Virus record (IMG/VR): IMGVR_UViG_3300023179_000071
Span: 1-64,000 of that record
Length of the DNA stretch: 64,000 bases
DNA from: a virus
Direction: 5' to 3' (one strand)
Made by a program: the position numbers and the translations under genes. This document shows, piece by piece, positions 11,901 to 20,076 of the stretch; the first letter of the stretch is position 1, and every line of letters begins with the position of its first letter. The notes beneath the pieces were generated by a model. The model saw only the letters and a list, made by a program, of their open reading frames with translations, had not been told where the DNA came from and ran no database searches.

Positions 11901-14900
11901 ATAATACCGGATTAGATACCAAAAATAATATTTTAGGTAGTAATAATTTTGCTACTGGCGATAGTGATGTGATCGGTAGCAATAATAATTTGATTAATGG
12001 AGATATATCCACTGTAGGTAAAAATAATACAGTGATCGGTAAGGGACAAAAAGCATCAGGTGGCATATCGGACATATATGATAGTAAGAACAGATTAGAT
12101 TTTACAGGAATGTTTAGCACACCGATTGCTAGCGGATATTATAGTGTTACATATCAATGTCTATTAATCGATAATGAATTTACATGGCAATATGAAAAGA
12201 GAGATATTGTTTCTGTACAATTGTATAATAATAATTTATTATTGCCAACATATACAGGGCGTATTACAAATGATCCAGTAATTGTTAATGGATTCAAGGC
12301 TATCTTTTTAGATAATACTATTACAGAAGGAACTAATTCTGAATTAGCTAATGTTACTTCCATTAATGAATTTATAGAAAACTATTTTCCAAATCAAATT
12401 CCTACCACAATTAGATTTAGTATACAGCACAAAAAAGATGGTTCTGGATCTATTATTGGTAGTGGTAATTTGGTTATGGGATCACAATTTAGTACAGTTA
12501 TAGGTAACTCTAATCAGGTTGGCATTGATTGGAAAAACCCAGTAGATGTTGTTGCTTCATCTGGACTGGTTCTAGGTAATAATAACCAAATATATCATCC
12601 ATTACAATTTGTTAAGAATGCACAAGGTCAAATCACCAATGTATTACCATCGTATCCAAATACTAGCGGTCTATTCCAAGGCGCTATTGGATTCGATATT
12701 CGTAATGCAGATCCAAATTCTATTAAATTAGGTTTTGATCAAAACACCATCAAAATCTTTGATCTTGGCGGGAAGAAAGACGGATCAGTTGTGTCCGTAG
12801 TTGATCCGAATGTTAATCCTCCTCAAATAACAACTGTTAGTGCAGAAAAAATTGGTCAAGGAATGTTTGAAAGAGGCGTAGTAATAAATGCTGATAATAT
12901 ATCTAATACTTTCCATGTTCTCAATGATAGTCCATTAAAACCATCTGTACTATCAGTACTATCTAATGCTAGTGGATATGTTGGTGTTAATAATAGTTTA
13001 CCTCAATTCGCTCTGGATGTTAGCGGTACAATTAAATCTAATAGATTGATTACTGGCGCGGCATCAGTCAATACTTTACAGATACAAAGCGGTTCGGCTC
13101 CAGGTTATTTCTTATCATCTGTTGATACCAATGGTAATGCTGAATGGGTAGCTGGCGTCAGAGTCGATGTTAGTGGATATCCTGGCACTCTAGTATATTA
13201 TAGTGGCACACCATCTACTGGAGGTAAGGTACAGCCAATTAGTAGCACTTCAGTTGTACAAAATAAAGAATGGTTCTTAAATACATATATTTACGAACCG
13301 TCCGGATGTAATGTTAGTAGAAGTGGTCTAATTTTCGATCAGTATATGAATGTTGATAAATATGCTGTCATGACATTAGACGAACACAGACGATCTGTGA
13401 TGGGATATCCGGTTGAAGATACAGAAAAGTTACTTGGAGTCAATCCTGGTAAAATCGACTACATACAAAAACTAGTTGATCTAGCAAAAGAGAAAAAGTT
13501 CTCGGACGAAAGTCATTTTATTCCTCGTCAATATAATGCGCTATACTTTATACCGGAATCTACAGCTTATAGCACTCCTTCTGCTGATATAGTTAATACC
13601 AGTAGTGCTATGGGTACTCATTTAGCCAAAGCTGGTCAGGCTCAACAAGCTATCTTTGCTATTGGTCGCAGAAAGACGGATTTATCTCAGCCGTTGGACC
13701 TCGAAAGAGGTGAGGACGTTGATCAAAATAATAAACTATTTCCTGGAGGATTATCAGCCCCACAAAGTATCATATCTACTATTCCTAAGAAAGATATGGC
13801 TGGACAGAATAGTTATTTGAGACCCAAATATAAATTCAACTATGATGAGATGGTCAACACCTACACCGCACCGTTCAATAGCTTGGACGATGGCAATCAT
13901 CCACAATCTGCTTTATTTAATAGTATCAGACCAATGACAGGAGGCACTGTTGCTGCCACAGAACCAGGAGGCAGAGCTAAGACTTATCAAAGTTGGTGGT
14001 ATTATGATCCTGCTGATAATACTGGTGGTCAAGGATCCCGACCCATAGAGTTTAGGTATTCCACTATTCAAAGATCTGTTCCAACAGCATTTAATCTTGG
14101 ACGAGAAGAAATCGACTTTGTGATTTATGGTACGGGTTCTAAGTATCCTGATCAGGTATCTAAATTCTTATTTGGCGATGTTAGTCAATATGTAACATGG
14201 AAGAAAACAGGCCTTGGTAGAGAAGACTCTAATTTCCCATTCCTAACCACAGTACCAGCATTTTATTTTAATTCGTCTATTGGGTCATTCATGATCCATA
14301 CTGATAAGCCATCATGGATACCAACAAAGGTTGCTACAGATTGCGAACCTTGCGATCCTGTGCAAAGCGGTATCAATTTTGCTGACCTCACTGTTAGAGG
14401 TTGGATTAGTACCAGTGGTGTTCGTCTTGGACAAGGATTCCGCAGAGCTTATACCACAAATAATGAAGGTCAGCTTGTAGAAGCTGTTGATGGAAAAGGT
14501 AATCCCGTTTATGAGTCTACCAATGGTATGGTACTCATGTCAGACAGTTATGGTTTTGCTGTTTGGACACCTTTGGGCGGAAGCGCAACAACCAACCAGA
14601 CTTTAACAGGAGCATCAACTGGCGGCGGTATCACAGAACAAAATGTAGTATTAACAGAAGGATCTTTGGATCCTATAGGCGCTGTATCTAATACGGGTTT
14701 CGAAAGCCTAGAATCTGATAGCGCAAGACTATTCAGAGATGAGATTAATGTACTGAATGAGTCTACTATATCCAATCCGGTCTTGAGACTTCGCGGAGTA
14801 ACTAGAAATAGCTTGCTATTTGCAAAGAATCCATTACCCAATAGAAATGATGAATTTGCCAATAAGTTTAATGAGTCATCATTACCTACTAATCCAAACG

Positions 14901-16372
14901 AAATGAATATTGATGGTACAGAGAATCTTTTCTATTATGGCTATACTAATGCACTAGCTGGTACAGTATCGTTTAATTCTGAATCTCAAACCACAGAAGT
15001 ACTCATCGATGGAGATGCTACTCGTAGATTTAATGTTAATGATATTGTGCGAGTTTTCTATAAGTATACATCGCTAGTAAATAATCAGGTTACAGAAGTA
15101 TCTACTATCGAAAGAGCCAGAGTCATTGGTATCTATACTGTGAGATTAAGCGAAACCGTCGCAGGCAGATCATCAAGAACTAGTATTGTATTAGATAAAT
15201 CCCTAACTAATGTTGCAGAATCCACATATCTACTTGATTCGAGCGCAGCATTGCGTAAAGTAGCAATTATTTCTCAGAGTATAGGCGGATATCTAACTTT
15301 TAATTTCCCAGGAACCAATCCTGATGTTGTTATTAGCAATAGAGAAAATATTGACACGTCCTTTAATGCTAATGGTAAATTCACTAATTTCGGAGTTTAC
15401 GGATCTAGAACAGGCATACAGGTTCAAACATTATTATACGGAGATAGTATATCTAATAGTGTACAGGTCAAAGATAATAAGCCATATATATATGGTTACG
15501 AAACACGCATAGTTAATAATGTTACTCCTACTGTAGAAAAGAATATTAATAGTACTTTATATTATGACTATAATATTAATAGTGGATATGTGGACGGCAC
15601 ATATAGCGAAGAGACTAGTACTGTTGCTGTGGCTGATGCGAGCGATTTCAAGGTGGGGGATATATTAGAAATATTATTTGATAATAATCAAGATATTAAA
15701 GCAATTATTAAATCTATCCAAGATAAAACTCTAACTATATCTCTCAAGGATATTAATCTTGGTATGTTAGAAAATAAGATTGGTAATATTGCTCGTTCTA
15801 ATACTGGAGGAATACTAAATAATAAATTTAAGATTAGAGTTATAAAGAGACAACTCACAAAAACAGTTAATATTATTGATGGTGGGCTGGTCGTTAATGC
15901 TCAGGATAATGTTCCATTGTATGCGGATTTTTCGGTCAGAGGTTTAACATATACTGATGGATTAATGTTAGGCTCCAGTGACAATAATAACAATCCTATT
16001 ATTAAAGATCAGTCTATACTTTATAGTAATAGGGGCTTAGTATCCGGTAGTAATTTACGTTATGTTGATGTTGTAGCCCTTAATACTAATACCTTGTATA
16101 AGACACTAGTATTTAATAATGAGGAACCGCGAGTTCTATCATTATCAAAGTTTAGAGATAAACCAGCAGAACCGATCAGTCAGACTAATCCAGAAAAAAC
16201 AGCGCCATCATTTGCAAACTTTAGTATGTACGGATCTATTTATGCTCAAAATCTTAGTATTGACAATCTAAGTAAGTTTAATACTATTGATGGTGGAGTT
16301 GTTAAATTTAGAGGAGCTTGTAATAATACCACCAATGTTTGCATTGATCCGCCTCCACAACCAGGTCCATGA
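8912..16372 (+). CDS. Giant tail fibre/adhesin-like protein with YadA-head-like (hydrophobic-G-N-N-N) beta-roll repeats
   Basis: 2486 aa; many ~14-aa repeats such as IVGTNNNVIGVNNIVLG (about 10145-12590); fibre-type motifs VQFNNAGS, GKVAINT, GYVGVNNSLPQFALDVSG, GYFLSSVDTNGNAEW. Confidence 0.75.
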   Translation: MSIKFYDLVGELGTLTLDGSNNPTLVSLIQDGLALTGYRPFLNNIADNDRLYLKIQQTAQNAFAIVIGKYDINEFGVRTIIIERVLSKLGTLSAGTYAEVTSFNDISINHKISANQLLVKKTSFIPETQTSDYIVALSGNIVVTLPLANIDAENVKYGFLLSSKYNGGDTLTINASGSNSILVNDNPVSSISVTGVGTYVQLMATSGGNWYKLFSTDLVAGEAGGSVVGGLSKSVQFNNAGSITGGKLFWDNNTETLYFGDTSNILNADLVISATQNKASGIYPLYVRLNNGNFFALTKDGKVAINTPSLPLYESSPNFHMVGRCAVFEGNCGSAGVALTLFNNPDVVPLVGSVGGSFNMSARNSNRNVVNYAQIQSKILNPNKGVSSGQFLVNVDVSGSPYNIMSMDLSNLIVGNNDISKLVDSAVLGKDNALTSISGAKVFGNNNTIDRVNNLYVIGSDNSIDFVKNSARYTLSEPNISTLSGLDWDDLDDLQAGDIVQVTNNSVLNGYYIAQTSTWTPIDDTVAIGYFGNANFVIGSDSTLSGNNLIAIGSNSIASGNNLSVFGNFNNIRTQNISQIIQSNFQPDYSTVVGNVNTFDASGVVILGNRNAGSGVRALMLNGSLNTIGSGTIDSVIIGNNNSLTSISGIVIGNRNFGVQSLSTIVGTNNNVIGVNNIVLGSDVALSGNNNILTGDTITASGNSSILHGANHFSSGLNNILIGADISTTGNNTLGFGNNLDIVGNNNIVLGLNNRTVGSGNVLFSTNTLASGNLLNNTIYGANNRLDATDHTYLNLFGQNNSVASGTLHNLVVGTNNDVKNRFNFVLQPISFVISDNGTKFTNTTGSSSINNYRAGDAIVYISNNVIVGSGVIQSAYIPNASPSSLIIEPTSSFTTILTTVDILSSTKQQELIAQYSRPVAIVGNENDVVGLSGVVFGHNNAVSGYNNTIIGNDNIYGGNNAVIIGQNFAGSGFNNLVNIGFNNIGGLSGSVMVGQNNTGLDTKNNILGSNNFATGDSDVIGSNNNLINGDISTVGKNNTVIGKGQKASGGISDIYDSKNRLDFTGMFSTPIASGYYSVTYQCLLIDNEFTWQYEKRDIVSVQLYNNNLLLPTYTGRITNDPVIVNGFKAIFLDNTITEGTNSELANVTSINEFIENYFPNQIPTTIRFSIQHKKDGSGSIIGSGNLVMGSQFSTVIGNSNQVGIDWKNPVDVVASSGLVLGNNNQIYHPLQFVKNAQGQITNVLPSYPNTSGLFQGAIGFDIRNADPNSIKLGFDQNTIKIFDLGGKKDGSVVSVVDPNVNPPQITTVSAEKIGQGMFERGVVINADNISNTFHVLNDSPLKPSVLSVLSNASGYVGVNNSLPQFALDVSGTIKSNRLITGAASVNTLQIQSGSAPGYFLSSVDTNGNAEWVAGVRVDVSGYPGTLVYYSGTPSTGGKVQPISSTSVVQNKEWFLNTYIYEPSGCNVSRSGLIFDQYMNVDKYAVMTLDEHRRSVMGYPVEDTEKLLGVNPGKIDYIQKLVDLAKEKKFSDESHFIPRQYNALYFIPESTAYSTPSADIVNTSSAMGTHLAKAGQAQQAIFAIGRRKTDLSQPLDLERGEDVDQNNKLFPGGLSAPQSIISTIPKKDMAGQNSYLRPKYKFNYDEMVNTYTAPFNSLDDGNHPQSALFNSIRPMTGGTVAATEPGGRAKTYQSWWYYDPADNTGGQGSRPIEFRYSTIQRSVPTAFNLGREEIDFVIYGTGSKYPDQVSKFLFGDVSQYVTWKKTGLGREDSNFPFLTTVPAFYFNSSIGSFMIHTDKPSWIPTKVATDCEPCDPVQSGINFADLTVRGWISTSGVRLGQGFRRAYTTNNEGQLVEAVDGKGNPVYESTNGMVLMSDSYGFAVWTPLGGSATTNQTLTGASTGGGITEQNVVLTEGSLDPIGAVSNTGFESLESDSARLFRDEINVLNESTISNPVLRLRGVTRNSLLFAKNPLPNRNDEFANKFNESSLPTNPNEMNIDGTENLFYYGYTNALAGTVSFNSESQTTEVLIDGDATRRFNVNDIVRVFYKYTSLVNNQVTEVSTIERARVIGIYTVRLSETVAGRSSRTSIVLDKSLTNVAESTYLLDSSAALRKVAIISQSIGGYLTFNFPGTNPDVVISNRENIDTSFNANGKFTNFGVYGSRTGIQVQTLLYGDSISNSVQVKDNKPYIYGYETRIVNNVTPTVEKNINSTLYYDYNINSGYVDGTYSEETSTVAVADASDFKVGDILEILFDNNQDIKAIIKSIQDKTLTISLKDINLGMLENKIGNIARSNTGGILNNKFKIRVIKRQLTKTVNIIDGGLVVNAQDNVPLYADFSVRGLTYTDGLMLGSSDNNNNPIIKDQSILYSNRGLVSGSNLRYVDVVALNTNTLYKTLVFNNEEPRVLSLSKFRDKPAEPISQTNPEKTAPSFANFSMYGSIYAQNLSIDNLSKFNTIDGGVVKFRGACNNTTNVCIDPPPQPGP

Positions 16373-16384
16373 TAGGATATAATT

Positions 16385-17035
16385 ATGCCATTTTCTAAAA
16401 ATGAAATAGTTCCAAAATTTAATAACAGTAACAGAACACCGCCTGTTGCACCAAATACCGCACAACCAGACTATTCGTCAGCCATACAGGGATTTGTTCC
16501 ATTTACTAATCGTATTGTACTCAAAAGAGATGAAACTACTACTAATCATCCGTGTCCTGATGATCTGGCTGTTGGTGAATTGGTACTAAATGCGGTAACG
16601 GGTAATTTGTATACAAAATTAGTATCTGGTCAAGTAGTATATTTTCCAGGAAAAGCAGTATGTCTTACAGGAGGAGATTTACCATCTAATAATTATGGTT
16701 ATGAAATTGAGCCCTCAGATAACTATAGCGATGAGACATATACTCTTTCACGATACGGTGTTAGTATAAGTACACAGACAGGATACTCATTGCGTTTTAA
16801 TCCGGTGCCAAATCCATCTAATGGACTTCCACAGTCATTTAATATTCTATATGGTACAGATCAAAACGGCCCATTTAATATAGTGGCTAGAGTTTCTATT
16901 GTTGCAGACTATTTTGATAAGGGATTCGAGTTCGTGTATATTATTGAAGGAAAGAAAATCCCATTATCTGGAAAATTTAAGGATGGTATATATCCTAATG
17001 GCACATTCGGCTTTATTAAAATAGAAATGATATAA
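16385..17035 (+). CDS. Tail-fibre-associated protein with T4 gp37 N-terminus-like motif
   Basis: RIVLKRDETTTNHPCPDDLAVGELVLNAVTGNLYTK resembles the IQFKRS...P....LAEGELAIN.....IFTK motif of T4-type long tail fibre subunits; AGGA Shine-Dalgarno upstream. Confidence 0.65.
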   Translation: MPFSKNEIVPKFNNSNRTPPVAPNTAQPDYSSAIQGFVPFTNRIVLKRDETTTNHPCPDDLAVGELVLNAVTGNLYTKLVSGQVVYFPGKAVCLTGGDLPSNNYGYEIEPSDNYSDETYTLSRYGVSISTQTGYSLRFNPVPNPSNGLPQSFNILYGTDQNGPFNIVARVSIVADYFDKGFEFVYIIEGKKIPLSGKFKDGIYPNGTFGFIKIEMI

Positions 17036-17037
17036 TA

Positions 17038-18609
17038 ATGCTATATTCCCATATTATTAGCGATTTGGTAACTATTACAAAGTATAAAGGTACCGAGCCC
17101 TTTAGATTAGCTCCAGACTATACTCTTGATAGTAATGTAGATATCAATAGTGCTAATAATGCTTTTTTAGTAAATAATGATCTAGTTTTATTGACTCATC
17201 AAACTAATGTCACTGAAAATGGACTATATATTTTTAGTAATGGTTTCCTTAATAGATATTATCAAGAATTTTTTGATAAGATAGATAAAATTTATGCAAT
17301 AGATCCGAATAACTCATCTAGTTATATTGGTTTTTTTGGACCAACAGCCAATCTTAACCAGCTCAAAAGAATAGAGCCAAATCAAGGAATAATAATATTC
17401 CACAAATCTTCTGCACAATTACCATACAAATGGTATGATATAGATATTCGATCCAAGCCATCATTAGTTATAGATAAAGAGATTACTCAAAGTAATATAA
17501 GTAATTTGGGTTTTGCTGGATCTAATAATGTTTACGCTATGAATCTAAACTATAAAGACTATCGTCCATTTCCTATTACTCTAAAGATTTCTGGTGCCAC
17601 AGACTTAGCCACATATAAGGTTATGTTAGATTTGGTAAGCTGTCCTGATCCTGAATATATTAGAGTATTAGATAAAATTACATTATCAAAAACATCTATT
17701 TCATTAAGTGGCAGTAATAAAACACTAGTTGTCAATAATAATACATTAAATTCACAATTTAGTAGTAGTTTACAAAATGGAAGTATAGTATGGCTAGTTA
17801 ATAGCAACTATACTATTGATGGATTATATGAACATGATGGATACGGAACATTTACAGCATTGCCAGACTCAGACTATATTTTGCGTACACGCAAATACAT
17901 TATTGATGATGCGGAATTTGATATTCGGAGCATAAGCAACGATTGGTATGTTAATAGAACGCTGTATATTAGTTATCCTGGTCATTATGATTTATATGTG
18001 AAATTAGTTGATCCATCTAATAATACAATTCTATCAGAAGATCATATGTGTTTTGATATAGATAATATTATTAATATGCCCACACCAACGCCCACAGTCA
18101 CCCCAACACCACCCAGACATTCTGTATCATTCGATGATGGTCCTACTCTTAAGATACAAAATTGTGAAAGTTGTGTTAAAGTATTTGTGGGGGCCACTGC
18201 TAATAATCTTAATATTGGTGATAACTACTACTACGAATTTAGCGTATTCGAAAAAGGAGAATCGTTACCAAGAGATACTGATAATGAAACAGGAACTCTA
18301 TTTGAACCCGGCTCTGGCTACTTATCAACAGGATATAGCACACAGAAATTCGGCACATACATAAGTGTTTCAGACAAAGTACGAACCATTATAGAAGTTA
18401 GACTCATTAATCTAACAACAGGTGTTGTATCATCATCATATTTAACATTAGCAGTATGTGATGAAAATTATTGTGATCCACCAGTAACTCCAACTCCAAC
18501 ATCCACACCAGTCAGAGTTAATTATCCTCCGAGACCTACTCCTAGCGTTACATCCACTATAACATCTACGCCAACTACCACTCCAACTCCAACAATTTCA
18601 AAAATTTGA
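17038..18609 (+). CDS. Putative virion fibre/decoration protein with Pro/Thr linkers
   Basis: DLVLLTHQTNVTENGLY matches the phage fibre motif GDRVL.K.QT...NG.Y; beta-rich domains and two PTPT tracts. Confidence 0.6.
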   Translation: MLYSHIISDLVTITKYKGTEPFRLAPDYTLDSNVDINSANNAFLVNNDLVLLTHQTNVTENGLYIFSNGFLNRYYQEFFDKIDKIYAIDPNNSSSYIGFFGPTANLNQLKRIEPNQGIIIFHKSSAQLPYKWYDIDIRSKPSLVIDKEITQSNISNLGFAGSNNVYAMNLNYKDYRPFPITLKISGATDLATYKVMLDLVSCPDPEYIRVLDKITLSKTSISLSGSNKTLVVNNNTLNSQFSSSLQNGSIVWLVNSNYTIDGLYEHDGYGTFTALPDSDYILRTRKYIIDDAEFDIRSISNDWYVNRTLYISYPGHYDLYVKLVDPSNNTILSEDHMCFDIDNIINMPTPTPTVTPTPPRHSVSFDDGPTLKIQNCESCVKVFVGATANNLNIGDNYYYEFSVFEKGESLPRDTDNETGTLFEPGSGYLSTGYSTQKFGTYISVSDKVRTIIEVRLINLTTGVVSSSYLTLAVCDENYCDPPVTPTPTSTPVRVNYPPRPTPSVTSTITSTPTTTPTPTISKI

Positions 18610-18624
18610 TTAGGAATATAAATT

Positions 18625-18846
18625 ATGCCCTCACAACAATATGGTTCTGATTTTTTAACAAGATTGGTAATGCCCACAAATAAAAAATATTTACCATATC
18701 CATGGAAATGGAAAATAAATCTTACTGATCAGAGCTATACTCCAATAGAAGGCTCTGCAAGCTATTTCCAGAGCTTAAGACAAGTTCCTGGTAATTATCG
18801 TTTAGTCACATCTAATGGTAGCGGCGGTTTTGCAGAGACCGCTTAG
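18625..18846 (+). CDS. Hypothetical protein (73 aa)
   Basis: Fills the gap between genes; TAGGAATATAAATT-ATG start context like its neighbours. Confidence 0.65.
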   Translation: MPSQQYGSDFLTRLVMPTNKKYLPYPWKWKINLTDQSYTPIEGSASYFQSLRQVPGNYRLVTSNGSGGFAETA

Positions 18847-18894
18847 GTGTAATATATTGTGTGTCAGCTCATTTTGCAAAAAGAGTGATCAATT

Positions 18895-20073
18895 ATGACC
18901 GTATCAGAAACCATATCTAATCAGGTAGAAATCATAGAGTATAATGGATATAATAGGCCATTATTTTTTGAATTTATACTATCTAATACAACAATACCAA
19001 AAGGGCTAAAAGATTTTAGTATAAAGGGTATTGGAATTGGACTAACGGTAAATAACTTCACTATTAATGGTGGCACAACAGAATATTCAGTTGCACCAAC
19101 TGTGGAAATTACCGGAGGAGGAGGATCAGGAGCCAAAGCTATTGCTATTTTAAATACCTCCAAGATTGTATCTGGCATACAAATTACCGATCCCGGTCAA
19201 GACTATACTTCTGCACCAACCATTACATTCAGTGGTGGCACAATATCAAAAGCTGGAACAAATCCCACAGGAACAGGTATTTTTAACAAGCCAACTAATT
19301 TTATTCCGCCGCCATCATCCTTGAAACCCAATACTTATGTTTGGATATTAGAAAAGGGAGCATACTTAACACAAGGAGAAGACCAAGATTGGTTATATTT
19401 GGAAGATCTAACTATTCTTATGACAAAAATTAGTAAAATCTATACCACCAATAGTAGGGGTGAATTTTTAGTTAATCAAACTAGTAATATTAATGATAGA
19501 TTAAATCAGATTCATGAGATTATTAATGGTAAAGGATACATTGTGATTAGTGATCCTAGAACCAGCTTGCCCTATGTGTGGTATGAGTATTTTCCAAAAA
19601 TATCATCTACACCCCAAGGTAGAGTTACATTTAATATTGAAGAGTGCTACATAATCAACAAACAAAATACAGACTTTATTGATAATACCGCCAAAGCTAT
19701 CAAATTAGGAGATCAGCGTCATGGCACATGCATGAAAGATCTCTCGGCAACCATCTCAGTAGTTGTAGACCTGACAGATCTGCAAAAAAATAAAGACTAT
19801 CATATTCATTTAGATAGTTTAAATAAAGATGTATACTTTATTGAACAAGATATATACCTTAATAATAATCAATTAGCTAATCACTCTGTATATGCTAAAT
19901 TAAAATTTTTAGAACATAATGTTAATAATATATTTGATATTAGAGTTAGTTTAAATATTGGAAATAATGAAATTGATAGAGATATTCTTAGTATATATGT
20001 AGATTGTCCTCCGCGCCCAGAGCCTACTCCAACACCACGACCAGCTCAACCAGTAGTAAGGATTGTGGAATAA
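18895..20073 (+). CDS. Putative virion structural protein with Y.SAPT..I.GGGGSGA.A.A repeat
   Basis: EYSVAPTVEITGGGGSGAKAIA...ITDPGQDYTSAPTITFSGG, a repeat type common in T4-like/cyanophage structural proteins; shares modules with 17038..18609. Confidence 0.65.
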   Translation: MTVSETISNQVEIIEYNGYNRPLFFEFILSNTTIPKGLKDFSIKGIGIGLTVNNFTINGGTTEYSVAPTVEITGGGGSGAKAIAILNTSKIVSGIQITDPGQDYTSAPTITFSGGTISKAGTNPTGTGIFNKPTNFIPPPSSLKPNTYVWILEKGAYLTQGEDQDWLYLEDLTILMTKISKIYTTNSRGEFLVNQTSNINDRLNQIHEIINGKGYIVISDPRTSLPYVWYEYFPKISSTPQGRVTFNIEECYIINKQNTDFIDNTAKAIKLGDQRHGTCMKDLSATISVVVDLTDLQKNKDYHIHLDSLNKDVYFIEQDIYLNNNQLANHSVYAKLKFLEHNVNNIFDIRVSLNIGNNEIDRDILSIYVDCPPRPEPTPTPRPAQPVVRIVE

Positions 20074-20076
20074 ACT

